Shown here one piece after another: positions 1 through 17,247 of a stretch of DNA of 64,000 nucleotides (positions are counted from its first letter, which is position 1; each line of letters starts with the position of its first letter). Below the pieces are notes generated by a model, which saw nothing but the letters and a program-made list of their open reading frames with translations, ran no database searches and was not told the DNA's origin. Source of the DNA: the human T2T-CHM13v2.0 reference genome, Homo sapiens; NCBI RefSeq assembly GCF_009914755.1, contig NC_060926.1. The stretch is one strand, 5' to 3'. The position numbers and the translations under genes were made by a program.

Positions 1-200
1 CACCACGAAGGGAACAACACACACAGGGGCCTGTTGGGTCGGGGGCAGGGAGAGGGAGAGCATCAGAAAAAATAGCTAATGCATGCTGGGCTTCATACCT
101 AGTTGATGAGTTGATAGGTGCAGCAAACCACCACAGCAACCATTTACCTATGTAACCTGTACATCCTGCACATGTAATTCAGAACTTAAAAAAAAAAAAA
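1..200 (+). mobile_element. L1 (older L1PA/L1PB) 3' end with poly(A)
   Basis: L1 3'UTR motifs (gatagGTGCAGCAAACCACC, catcctgcacatgt) followed by an A-tail. Confidence 0.85.
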
Positions 201-706
201 CCAAAAGACACTTGGTGTTATATATATAAATTTATAATATTTTACCAATCTGTTGGATACAAACATCTTTTTAAAATTTATATTTTCTTGACTAGTAAAG
301 TTGAACATCTTTTCATATGTTTTGGGGCCATTTGGGCTTCTTTCTTGGTGAACTGCTGGTTCATATTATTTGCCTGTTTTGTTTTTCTGTTTTACTGAGT
401 TTTAAGAATGCTGTACATACTCTAGATGCTGATCCTTTGTTGTATAAATACTTAATTTCATCTTCTAGTTTGTGTCTTGTCTTTTTACCTTGAAATATAT
501 AATTTTGTTGTAAACGATTTTAAATTAAAAATGTAGTTTTTCTTCTACAGTTTGTATTATTTGTATCTTGTTAAAGAAATCTTCTTCACCTTGGTTTAAA
601 AAAATGCTTATATGTTTTCTACTGAAAGATTTAAGGTTTTTCATTGTACACTTAGGTCTTTTGTCCATCTGGAATTTATTTTTACATGTAGTATGAGATT
701 GAGGTC

Positions 707-1373
<667 letters not shown>

Positions 1374-1934
1374 ATTAGATCTAATTTTATCTTTTTCAAT
1401 ATGAGGATTCACTTATTGAACATTTTTTTCCTCCATTGATCTATAATGTCACCTCTATCACAGACCAAACCTATGTGTGTCCTAAGTTCTCTATTGTATT
1501 GATATGTCTCTTATAACAATACCATACTACTTTATTAGAACATTAAAATGTATTTTGATATGGCAGGATTTCCTTATTATTAGTCTTCAAAAGGGTTTTT
1601 GGCTGTTCTTGGTTCCTGTTTTCATTTGAATTTCAGGAGCTTATCAAGTTCTCTGGAAAACTTCTGTTAAGATGTTGACTGGCATCACATTAAATATGAG
1701 GAGGTTGCAGAAAGATACATGTTCAAGTATGTTCATTGTAACACTGAAATAGGGAAAAATGGAAACAGTGAGATTAGTGAACTGTAGTTTAATCATTCAA
1801 TGGAATACTTTATGGCAGAATACATAAATTGCCATCCATCTTAGTCTGTTTGTGCTGCTGTTACATCAGACGGAGTAATTTAGAACAGAAATTTATTTAT
1901 TCCAGTCTGGAAGCTGGGAAGTCCAAGATTAAGG

Positions 1935-1935
<1 letters not shown>

Positions 1936-1977
<42 letters not shown>
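1936..1977. repeat. (TG)n microsatellite
   Basis: About 20 TG units, read directly. Confidence 0.97.
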
Positions 1978-1978
<1 letters not shown>

Positions 1979-2430
1979 TGGTGAGGCCTTCTTGCATACT
2001 CACATGGCAGAAGCGGGGAAGAGGGCAAACAGGGCCTAAGGTAGTTCCCTCCAGCACTTGCTTAAGGCAGAGCCCTCATGACTTAATCACATCCCCAAAG
2101 GCTTCCGCCTCTTAATACCACCACAGTGGAGATTAAGTTTCAATGTGAATTTTGTAGGGGACACACGTTCAGACTGGTGCTCTGCCTCTGCCCCTCGCCC
2201 CCAAAAAGTTTATGTCCTTTTCACATACAAATACATTCATTCCATTCCAGTAGCTCCAGAAGTCTTAACTTGTTCTAGCACCAGCTCAAAAGTCTAAAGT
2301 TGAGTCTCATCTAAACATCATTTCAATCAGATACGGTGAGACTCAAAGATACGCTTCATCCTGTGGCAGATTTCTCTCTAGCTGTGAACCTGTGAAGTCA
2401 AACAAGTTACCTGCTTTCAAAACACAGTGT

Positions 2431-3190
2431 CTACACTGTTGGTGGGAATGTAAATTATTAATAGTACAGCCACTGTGGAGAACAGTATGAGGTTCCTCAG
2501 AAAACTAAAAATAGATTACCATGTGATCCAGTAATTCCACTACTGAGTATATATCCAAAAAAAGGGAAATCAATATATGGAAAAGAGACCTGAAGTCCCA
2601 TGCTTATTGCAGCACCATTCATAGTAGCCAAAATATGGAATCAACTTAAATGCCCACCAATGGAAGAATGGATAAAGAAAATGTGGTATATATGCACAAT
2701 GGAATATTATTCAGCCACAAAAATAATGAAATCTTGTCATTTGTAGCAACATGGGTGGGACTGGAGGTCATTATGTTAAGTGAAATAAACCAAGGGCAGA
2801 AAGACAAATATCACATGTTCTCACTCATGTGTGGGAGTTAAAAAAGTGGATCTCATGAAGATAAAGAGTAGATTGGTGGTTACCAGAGGGAAGGGTAGAA
2901 AGGAGGAGGGGGATAAAGATAAGTTAATTAGTGGATACAAATATATGGTTTGATGGAAGAAATAAGACCTAATGCTAGATAGTATCTATCAGTAGGGTAA
3001 CTGTAGTTTACAATAATCCATTGTAAATTACAAAATAGCTAGAAGAATTTGAATGGCTGTAGCATAAAAAGACAAATATTTAAGGTAGTGGTATTCCAAG
3101 TACATTGATTTGATCTTTACAAATTATATGAATGTATTACATTATTACATGTACTCAGAAACTATGTACATCTATTATGCATCAAATAAA
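2431..3190 (+). mobile_element. L1MA 3' fragment nested in the MaLR internal region
   Basis: ORF2-end and 3'UTR motifs (acactgttggtgggaatgtaaatt, atatcacatgttctcactcat), ending in aataaaa. Confidence 0.85.
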
Positions 3191-3391
3191 ACACACACAC
3201 ACACATATAGTGCAATGGTGAGAGGCAAGCACAGATGTGTTCATTATGAAGGGAGGAACAGGCAAGAAGAGAGGAGTGACAGATCACAAGTAAGTGTAAA
3301 ACTCAGTAAGGCAAACAACATTAAATCTTAAGGCTTGAGAATAATTGTCTTGCTTTCTGGACACACTGTGTTGGGGGTTGGGTCCCCAAGG

Positions 3392-3936
3392 TGTAAGAAT
3401 TAAAGAAAGAGGAAAGAAACACGAAAGGTGGCTTGCTGGTCAAGACAGATTTATTTTAGAGAAAACAAACCTGAGAGGAACCTTCTGGCAGAGTTAGGCC
3501 CACTGTCTTACAACTAAGAGTTTTTAAGGATTCAGGGTGGGAGGCTTGGACTGCTTCTGTGTCTCTTTGTTGTGCTTATCTGGGAGGGAGAGTTGTGTGT
3601 CTGTTCCCATACTTTTTTCTGCAGCTACAGGCATACCTCCCGAGTCTGCTTTTAGCTTCCCTATCTTAGTGCACTTGAAGGGAAAGGGATGTGCTTATTA
3701 AGGCCCACTGTTTTACTGGGGCCCATTGTATGAGCCTGAAGTTTGGCAGTTACTCAAGAGACTTTCCCCCCACCTCCCTCTGGGCCTGAGCTGTCTTATC
3801 TGTGTTTTACTGTCTGCTCTTTCTGGCTGCTTGTAGTTAGCAGAGAAGTTATTTCCTTGAAATGCATGAGGCTAGAAAGGGAGCTGGAACTAAAGTGGCG
3901 GTATCTGACCGAGATGTCGGTGCTCCTGCTCTGACA
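3392..3936 (-). mobile_element. ERV1-class solo LTR (LTR15-like by recall), nested
   Basis: TG...CA termini, 5-bp TSD CAAGG (3387-91 / 3937-41), 545 bp; family name uncertain. Confidence 0.75.
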
Positions 3937-4873
3937 CAAGGCTCCTCCGGGTGGCTCCACCCCTGTAGCCTCTCTTGGGTGCAGTCCACACTGTACCTCT
4001 CACCGGTTGGAATCAGGTACCCGTGGTTCTCCCAGGCTGGAGTTGCAGGTTGGTGACTATGTGACTATGGTTCTGGGGTTTTGGGGGCAACCCTGCCCCC
4101 ATAGCTCTACTGGGTGTTGCCCTTGTGGAGACTCTCTCTGGTGGACCTGCCCCTTCCCCCCACCGCGGACACCACTAGGCATTGCCTTCGTGTGGACTCT
4201 GCTGCTGACCTGCCCTGTGACAGTTCTCTGCTTGGGCCTCAGGCTCTCTGGTACATCCTTGGAAATTTAGGTGGAGGAAGCCATGCCTCCACAGCCTGCA
4301 GAGTTAGCAACATGTGGACACTGGGAAGGCTGCTTACTGCTTGTTCCTTTGGGAGTGGCAGCCTTAGCAGCATCTGGGCCCACTTGAACTACAGGTGGGG
4401 TGCAAGGAGCACTGCACTGGAATGCAGGGAGCAGAGACTTGAGGTGGTGCTGTGCAGCAAGCCCTGAGGCTCCACAGGTACCCTGGGCCCCTCCCTTGAA
4501 ACAGTTCTACCCTCAAGGCCCTAGCATTCTGGACCTGTGGTGGGTATGGCTGTCTCAAAGATCTCAACAGCTTTTGGGGTCATTCTTCCACTGTCTTGAC
4601 GAAACAGTCACACCTTTGCCACGCCCTTGGATTTTTTTTCTCCTAAGCATGCTTTTTTATTCTTTACCTGGCCTGGTTGAGAATTTTCCAAATCTTTACA
4701 TTCTATGTCTTTTTTGATTATAAATTTCATCTTCACCTCATTGTCTCTCCTTGGATTTTACTATAAGCAGCCAAGAGAAGCCATGCAGTATCCTGAACAC
4801 TTTGCTTAGAGATTTTTTTCTGCTAAATATCCTAGTTTATAGCTCTTAAATTTTGCCTTTCACAAGGTGGTAG

Positions 4874-6378
4874 TGAGAGGTGACAGCGTGCTGGCAGTCC
4901 TCAGAGCCCTCGCTTGCTCTCGGCACCTCCCCTGCCTGGACTCCCACTTTGGTGGCATTTGAGGAGCCCTTTAGCCCCCCCACTGCACTGTGGGAGCCCC
5001 TTTCTGGGCTGGCCAAGGCTGGAGCCCACTTCCTCAGCCTGCAGGGAGGTGTGGAGGGAGAGGCACGAGCCGGAACTGGGGCTGCGTGCGGCGCTTGCGG
5101 GCCAGCTGGAGTTCCGGGTGGGCGTGGGCTTGGTGGGCCCTGCACTCGGAGCAGCCAGCCAGCCCTGCTGGCCCCGGGCAATGGGGGACTTAGCACCCGG
5201 GCCAGTGGCTGCGGAGGGTGTACTGAGTCCCCCAGCAGTGCCGGCCCACCGGCGCTGTGCTCGATTTCTGTCCGGGCCTTGGCTGCCTTCCCGCGGGGCA
5301 GGGCTCGGGACCTGCAGCCCGCCATGCCTAAGCCTCCCACCCACTCCATGGGCTCCTGTGCGGTCTGAGCTTCCCCGACGAGCACCACCCCCTACTCCAC
5401 GGTGCCCAGTCCCGTCGACCACCCAAGGGCTGAGGAATGCGAGCGCACGGCACAGGACTGGCAGGCAGCTCCACCTGTAGCCCCGGTGCGGGATCCACTA
5501 GGTGAAGCCAGCTGGGCTCCTGAGTCTGGTGGGGACGTGGAGAGTCTTTATATCTAGCTCAGGGATTGTAAATACACCAATCAGCACTCTGTGTTTAGCT
5601 CAAGGTTTGTGAGTGCACCAATCGACACTCTGTATCTAGCTGCTCTGGTGAGGACGTGGAGAACCTTTAAGTCTAGCTCAAGGTTTGTAAATACACCAAT
5701 CAGCACCCTGTGTTTAGCTCAAGGTTTGTGAGTGCACCAATCGACACTCTGTATCTAGCTGCTCTCGTGGGGCCTTGGAGAACCTGTGTGTCGAAACTCT
5801 GTATCTAACTAATCTGATGGGGACGTGGAGAACCTTTGTATCTAGCTCAGGGATTGTAAACGCACCAATCAGCGCCCTGACAAAACAGGCCACTGGGCTC
5901 TACCAATCAACAGGATGTGGGTGGGGCCAGATAAGAGAATAAAAGCAGGCTGCCCTAGCCAGCATTGGCAACCCTCTCGGGTCCCCTTCCACACTGTGGA
6001 AGCTTTGTTCTTTCACTCTTTGCAATAAATCTTGCTGCTGCTCACTCTTTGGGTCCACGCTGCTTTTATGAGCTGTGACACTCACCGTGAAGATCTGCAG
6101 CTTCACTCCTGAGCCCAGCGAGACCACGAGCCCGCCAGGAGGAACGAACAACTCCAGACGCGCTGCCTTAAGAGCTGTAACACTCACCGTGAAGGTCTGT
6201 AGCTTCACTCCTGAGCCAGCGAGACCACGAACCCACCAGAAGGAAGAAACTCCGAACACATCTGAACATCAGAAGGGACAGACTCCAGACACGCCACCTT
6301 AAGAGCTGTAACACCGCGAGGGTCCGCGGCTTCATTCTTGAAGTCAGTGAGACCAAGAACCCACCAATTCTGGACACA
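4874..6378 (+). mobile_element. LTR12C (ERV9) solo LTR
   Basis: Canonical start tgagaggtgacagcgtgctggcagtcctc and end ccaattctggacaca, 4-bp TSD GTAG, CpG-rich U3 and tandem CCAAT repeats. Confidence 0.93.
5550..5960 (+). promoter_or_regulatory. LTR12C U3 enhancer/promoter: CCAAT (NF-Y) array, GATA motif and AATAAA TATA-like box
   Basis: At least six (c/t)aCCAATc motifs at 5577-5908, agataag ~5929-35, AATAAA 5938-43; LTR12 promoter architecture is established knowledge. Confidence 0.7.
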
Positions 6379-7531
6379 GTAGGACATGGGTACAATTCAG
6401 CCAATTTTTTTGCCATTTTGTAAAAAGAATGGTCTTTCCTCCAGTTTCTGATACGATATTCCTCATTTCTGTTTAAGAGATCATCAGAATGGCTTTTGCT
6501 ATCCATATTTCTACCAACATTCCATTCTTCCTTTTAGCCCTCACTGGAACTATCCTTAATGCTTCTTTTATGGCAATCTAAGCTTTTCCTAGCATTCACT
6601 TCAAAACTACTCCAGCCTCTACCTATTACCCAGTTCAAAAGCCACTTCCACATTTTCAGGTATTTATTATAGCAACGACATCATTTCTTCGTATCAATTT
6701 CTGGCTTAGTTCATTTTGTGCTGTTATAACAAAATACCTGAGACTGAGTAATAAAGAACAGAAATTATTTCTTACAGTTTGAAGGCTGGGAAGTCCAAGA
6801 TCAAAGCACTCATATTTGGGATCTGGTGAGGGCCTTCTGCTGCATCTTCACATGGTGGAAGGGGTGAAAAGAGCAAAAGGGGCAGATCTTGTGTCCTCAT
6901 ATGGTGGAAGAGTGGATAAGCAAAAGGGGCCTGAGCTAGTTCTGTCCAGCCCTTTTATAAGGCACTAATCCATCTGAGAGGGCAGACCCCTAATGAAGTA
7001 ATCACTTCCCCAAAGGCCCTGCCTCTTAATACCACCACAGTGGGGATTCAGTTACAAACCTGAGTTTTGGAGAGGTAACATATTCAAACCATAACACCAT
7101 CTATGTAGTATTACACATGGAATAATTATTGACTATTGAACCAGTCTTGCATTTCTGGGATAAAATCCACGTCATGATATATTATCCTTTTATAGATTGC
7201 TGGATTTAAGTTGCTTGTATTTTGACATGAGGATTTTTGTATCTGTAGTCAAGAGGGATATTGTACTGTAGTTTTCTTCTTTTGCAATATCTCTGTCTGA
7301 TTTTGGTCTCAGGGTAAAGCTGGCTTCATAAATGAGTTGGGAAGGGCACCCTCCTCTTTATTTTGTAAGAGTTTGTGTAGAATATGACATTATTCCTTTT
7401 TTAAATATCTTGATAGAGTTTGTCCGTGAAACAATCTAGGTTTGGAATATTTGTTGTTGGAAGCTTTTTAGCTGTAACATTTGTTGAATAAGGTTTTAAC
7501 ATACTCCATTTCTTTTCTTTTTTCTCTTTAC

Positions 7532-7908
<377 letters not shown>

Positions 7909-7931
7909 TGAAGTTTGTCCATTTCATCTAA

Positions 7932-8319
<388 letters not shown>

Positions 8320-8664
8320 GGCTTTTTATCACTTTTGTTACTTTTTCAAGGAACCAGCTTTTGGTTTTACTGATTTTTTGTTGTTGTTGTTCTCAATTTC
8401 ATTGATATCTGCTCTTTATTATTTTCTTCCTTCGTTTTGTTTGAATTTAATTTCCTAGTCTTTTTATGGTTTCTTAAGGTGGCAGCTTAGATTTGTAGTC
8501 TTCTTTTCTAATAAGATATAATGCAATAAATTTCCCTCTAAGCACAGTGTACAGGCATCCCACATTTTTGATATATTTTCATTTTTATGCAGTTCAAAAT
8601 ATCTTCTATTTTCTGTGATCTCCTCTTTAGCCAATGGGTCATTTAGAAGTTTTGAGTTTTTTAA

Positions 8665-8960
8665 GGCTGGGAGTGGTGGCTTCTGCCTGTAATCCCAGCA
8701 CTCTGGGAGGGTGAGGGTGGTGAATCACTTGAGCTCAGGAGCTGGAGACCAGCCTGGGCAACATGTTAAGACCTCATCTTTATAAAAACTAGAAAAATTA
8801 GCCAGGCATGGTGGCGTGTGCCTGTAGTCCCAGCTACTCAGAAAGCTGAGGTAGGAGGGTTACTTGAGTCTGGGATATAGAGGCTGCAGTGAGCCAGGAT
8901 GGCGCCACTGCATTCCAGTCTGGGTGACATAGTGAGACCCCATCTCAAAAAAAAAAAAAA
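8665..8960 (+). mobile_element. AluJ
   Basis: Dimeric Alu with J-type features and A-tail. Confidence 0.88.
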
Positions 8961-9016
8961 GAAATTTTGAGTTTTTTTTTTTTCAGATTGTGACTATTAG
9001 TAATTCCTTTCCCTCT

Positions 9017-9017
<1 letters not shown>

Positions 9018-9048
<31 letters not shown>

Positions 9049-9103
9049 TTCTTCTTCTTCTTCTTCTTTCTTCTTCTTCTTCTTCTTTCTTCTTTCTTCT
9101 TCT
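9018..9103. repeat. (CGT)10 followed by (CTT)n compound microsatellite in an Alu tail
   Basis: Read directly. Confidence 0.95.
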
Positions 9104-9399
<296 letters not shown>

Positions 9400-9941
9400 G
9401 TAATTTCTAATTTAATTCCATTATAGTGAGATAGCATACTTATATGATGTCAATTTATTTAAAATAGTTAAGGTTTCTTTTATAGCTCAGAATGTCGTCT
9501 CTCTTGGTGAATGTTCCATGTGCACTAGAAAAAAGCGCTTATTATTCTGTTGTGGGGTGTAGTGTTTTATAAATGTCAATTTAGTCAAGTTGGTTGATGT
9601 TGTTCAGGTCTTCTATGTTCTTACTGATTTTCTGTCTGCTTGTTTTCTTCATTACTGAGAATGGTGTTGAAGTCTCCAAATATAACCGTGGATTTGTCTC
9701 TATTTCCTTGAAGTTGTCAATTTTTGCTGCTTGTATTTTGGAGTTCTGTTGTTAGGTATACACTTAGGATTGTTATGTCTTTGTGGTGAGTTAACTTCTT
9801 TATCATTATGTAATGTCCTTTTTATTCCTGGCAATATTCCTTATTCTTTAGTCTGTTTTGTCTGATATTAATGTCGTCACCCATATTTCTTTTGATTATT
9901 GTCAACATGGCATGTATTTTTAAAACTCCTTTTTTTTTAGG

Positions 9942-10549
<608 letters not shown>

Positions 10550-10587
10550 AAAATTTTTTTTCTTTTAAACTGTTGGTGTCTTTTCTT

Positions 10588-10591
<4 letters not shown>

Positions 10592-10635
<44 letters not shown>
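10592..10635. repeat. (TG)n microsatellite
   Basis: About 22 TG units. Confidence 0.97.
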
Positions 10636-10638
<3 letters not shown>

Positions 10639-12214
10639 GCAGTTGATCTTGTTTGGCCTTGCTATTTTAAAATCCAGTCTTAAAATCTCTGACAATGGTA
10701 CTTAGTCCATTTACATTTAAAACAATTATTGATATAGTTAAATTTAAGTCCATCATCTTGTTTCCTGTTTATCCCATCTGTTCTTTGTTTGCTTTTTCTC
10801 TTTTATGCCTTCTTCAGACTTTTTAAAATGTTTCCATTTACTCTTCTTTGTTGGCTTATGAACTGTAACTCTGTTGTTATTTTATTGATCTCTTTATGGT
10901 TTATAGTATATGTCTTTCACTTATCACAGTCTACTTATACTACTTTATGTGTAGTATAGAAACCTTATAATAGTTTGCTTTTTAAATTTCCCTCTAAGCC
11001 TTTATCCTATTGTTGTCAAACATTTTACTTTTATATATTTAATAAACCCCTGAATATAATGTTATTTTTATTTACAGTCAACAATTTTAAAGAGATTTAA
11101 ATAGTAACTAAAAAATCTTACCCATCTACTTACTATTTCCAGTGCTCTTTGTTTCTTTATGTAAGTTTCTATTTTTTCTAGTATTTCTTTCTAATTATTC
11201 TCCACTACTGAGGAAAGATACTACTGTGTCACCTATCTAATACCTGTTGAATTACAAGTTTTCCATCAGTTTGGCTGATGGGAACAGACACCATTCTCAG
11301 CCTTACATGTGAGCATGTACTGTTTTCTAATCCTTTCAAATGTTTTTATCCCTGGCCTTTGGTAGTTTCCATACAGTTATGTGCTAATTAGTACTCTGGC
11401 AAATAGTCAAATACTCAGGAGCACTCTGTAGATTTCTGGGATTATTTCTCTGTGGAATTCTTTACTTTTTAGTACTCTGTCCTATAAGCTATAGCAGCAT
11501 TGATTTTCCTAGATGCTTAGTTCTGTCTTCTCAGCTTCATAGAGTTTGGCCCCATTTTGATTCTCCTTCCTTTACTGTGGCCTGGAAACTCTGTCAAGGA
11601 AGTAAGCTCTGACACATATCATCACGTCACTTGCTTCCCATCTATCACAGATTATTGTCCTTCATTACCTGATGTCCAATATCTTGAAAACCATTGGTTC
11701 ATTTATTTTATCTGGTTTTTTGTTTGCTTTGGATGAAGGGGTTAACCCAACGACCTGGTTATTTTTGTTTTAGATACAGATTTTATTTAATTTACTTATG
11801 TTAATAAAGTATTTTTGAAGTAAGTATAAAAGTATCATAGTTTTTTTTTTTTTTTTGCCTTTAGGGTTAAGTAGTACTTTGATTATAATAGATAGAAGAA
11901 AAAGTGGTATTGCCTGGCTTCTCTTGCAGAGAACAAATTACTTAGATGTTTAACTTAATTACGCACATATTTACAGTACAATATTAGGTTCTATATTACA
12001 GTTATATTTACTTTTTTATATTTATATTTAAGTTCACTTAGGGCAGTTACCTAAGTGAACTTTCTTTCATATATGTGCTCCCAGAAAGTCTATTGCTTTC
12101 TGCTCTATTTTTGGGAGAGGACTATCTCCTTTTGGGAAAGGACCTCACACCTGTTATATATATGAGTAATATATATGAGTAGATCTTGAAAACATGTAAT
12201 GTCAAGTTTTTTAA

Positions 12215-13106
<892 letters not shown>

Positions 13107-13569
13107 TAAATTAGGAACTTTTAGCTTGTTTTTTATACAGTTGGTCAGATACTGTTAAGTCAGATAGAATTTGGATGGTATATCCCTCTCTCTAACCAAA
13201 ATGCAGATTCAGTTGTTTGCTGCTTGCAGAATCCAGTCAACAAGAACAAAGTCTCGTATAAAGTAACTTTTTATTCCAAAGGTAGCTTAGGGGAAGGCTT
13301 CCTGCTTTAAGGATGCTGCTTTGCTTTTGGAGCAGAAAGGGGGAGCACTTTTAAAAGGGGGCCTAACATAAATGGCATGCAGGAGAGGAAGGAAGCAGGT
13401 GGGGATCTGCATGTTGGCTTGGTGCCTTATCTGCTGGGAGATCTAGTTGATGACTGCTGATACCTTTGTGGGCAGGATTAAGTTGTAAAAGTGGCTAAAA
13501 ACCCTCCAGGTTAGTAGAGAGTTTTGTAGTGGGCACACTTTGGGTTGTAGCTGGACTGTTGTCTCTTGA

Positions 13570-13980
<411 letters not shown>

Positions 13981-14064
13981 TGCTCTGGATCTTTTAAGCA
14001 CATATTTAGATGAATTTGCCCTGTAAGAGTTTTAGGTGAAGGGGAAGTAAAAAGTTATAATTGA

Positions 14065-14446
<382 letters not shown>

Positions 14447-14634
14447 TTAGAAAAATGTGGGTACTTGGTTACATTTCTGCTTTTCTACTTTTAACTTAAA
14501 TTTGGATTTTGCCTTAAAAAAATCTGATTTGACAATCCTTGTCTTTCAGTAGGTATGCTTAGACTATTCACAGTTGTTTTAATTTTTGATATGGTTTTAT
14601 TAACATCTACCACCTTGCTAATTTTTTCTTCTTC

Positions 14635-14951
14635 TTTTTTTTCTGAGACAGGGTCTCGTTCTGTTGCACAGGCTACAGTGCAGTGGCACGATCTTGGCTC
14701 ACTGCAGCCTTGACCTCCTAAGCTCAAGTGATTATCTCACCTCAGCCTCCTGAGTAGCTAGGAACACAGGTGTGTGCCACCATGTTTGGCTAATTTTTGT
14801 ATTTTTTGTATACATGGGGTTTTACCATGTTGCCTAGATTGGTCTCAAACTTCTGAGCTCAATCAAGTGATACGCCTGCCTCAACCTCCCAAAGCATTGG
14901 GATTACAGGCGTGAGCCATCGCAGATTATAGGCGTGAGCCATCTCACCCAG
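14635..14951 (-). mobile_element. AluJ with a duplicated 5' segment
   Basis: gatta(c/t)aggcgtgagccatc occurs twice at 14901-14943. Confidence 0.85.
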
Positions 14952-15085
14952 ATGCTAATTTTCTATTTTGTGTTACTTTTTACAAACCCCTTTCCTACCC
15001 AACAGTGTTTGAGGTAGATATTATTGTCCTCGTTTTTTGGAGAAGTTAAAGATAATAGAGAATCTTACTCAATGAGTAGGTAGTT

Positions 15086-15362
<277 letters not shown>

Positions 15363-15869
15363 TTAAGTGACAGAGCTGGGGCCCAGGTCTTCTGAATTGG
15401 AGTGTGCACCGAATAAATATTGGTTTGAAATGTGAACTACTCTTTTGCTTACTGCTGAAACATTTACATGAAGACATCTTTTGAGATGTTTTCATATTGC
15501 CTGTAACTTTGTCCTCCATGGTTATTTTTTTTCCCGGTAATTGTTTATGATCAGAAGACAATGTGGTTTAATCTCTCTGGGCATTTAGACTGCCTGTTTA
15601 TAGATGGGCACATAGAATTTTTAATGCTAGAGCATAATTTGGAGGTCATTTACTACCAACTCTTCATTTTATAGTTGAGGTATACCTTAAGACCTTTGGA
15701 ACAGTGACTCAGATTTCTGTTTTAAACCCTTTCTTCACTAGCTAAGAGCACTGACCTCATTTGATTAAAAGATGAATGGAATAATGGATTAATTTGATAA
15801 ATGAGATTAGGTAGGCTTTTGTGTTTTCTTTTCTATGGCTTTACATGCTTTTGGATCCTTTTGGAACGT

Positions 15870-16052
15870 GAGGTTGGCAAACTATTGCCCAAGGGTTGGC
15901 AGCTTGTTTTGGTAAATAAAATGTTATTGGAACATACCACACTAATTTATTTACTTATTGCCTATGGCGGCTTTCACTCTACAAAAACAGAATTGAGTAA
16001 TTACAACAGACTGCATGGCCCTCAAAGTAGAAAATACTATCTGGCTCTTTAA
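15870..16052 (+). mobile_element. MER58A-like hAT-Charlie DNA transposon remnant
   Basis: ggttggcaaacta...gtaaataaaatgttattggaaca...tactatctggctcttta. Confidence 0.7.
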
Positions 16053-16062
16053 GGCAAATTGA

Positions 16063-16380
16063 GGCTGGGCACGGTGGCTCACGCCTGTAATCCCAGCACT
16101 TTGGGAGGCCAACGCAGGCGGATCACTTGAGGTCAGGGATTTGAGACCAGGTTGACCAACGGGGTGAAGCCCTGTCTCTACTAAAAATACAAAAAAAAAA
16201 AAAAAAGCTGGGTGTGGTGGCAGATGCCTGTAATCCCAGCTATTCAGGAGGCTGAGGCCGGAGAATGGCTTGAACCCAGTGGGTGGAGGTTGCAGTGAGC
16301 GGAGATCACACCACTTCACTCCAGCCTGGGTGAAAGAGTGAGACTTCATCTCAAAAAAAAAAAAAAAAAAAAAAAAAAAA
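16063..16380 (+). mobile_element. AluS
   Basis: Dimeric Alu with long A-tail. Confidence 0.92.
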
Positions 16381-16823
16381 CCCAAACAAATTGAGTCCTT
16401 TAAGAGAGCCATAGGTTTTTATGGATATATAAATTTATGTTTTTTTCTCAACCAAATTATTAGCAAACGTGTGTATGAATAATGACTAAATTAAATAATT
16501 AACTTGAGATTTCATTCAAACCAAAACAATGAATGAATGTAAATTTTTTAATAGCTGTGTTTTGGCTTTACACACCATATGATAGCCTAAATATAACTAA
16601 CACATAACTATTTGAATTCCAGTTTGAAAGGTGAGAGGGAGTAGTTACTTATGAATGCTTGAGAAAATGGTGCTGTCCTTAGCTGCAATACGGAACCCAG
16701 GATGGGAACAGGTGAATAGAGTTCATGGAGAAGAGCTGGGCAGGAGGCAGACAATTATTTAGAACTTTCAGTTTTGTCTAGTAATGACTGGTTTATCTTT
16801 TACCAGTTTATGATAAGCTATGA

Positions 16824-17247
<424 letters not shown>

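Larger units (their letters stand above)
1837..7096 (-). mobile_element. Two-LTR MaLR (MLT1A/MST-like) element with internal region; LTRs ~1837-2170 and ~6700-7096
   Basis: Two homologous LTRs (ggctgggaagtccaagat, gcctcttaataccaccacagtgg in both), MaLR-internal-like sequence between them, 5-bp TSD CCATC at 1832-36 and 7097-7101. Confidence 0.8.

Noticed and set aside
4846-5480. Several 160-190-aa ORFs on both strands
   Set aside because: GC-rich U3 of LTR12C; overlapping open frames reflect base composition.
5550-5880. Regularly spaced direct repeats superficially like a CRISPR array
   Set aside because: These are the native tandem U3 repeats of LTR12. The spacers are homologous to each other, the context is eukaryotic, and there are no cas genes.
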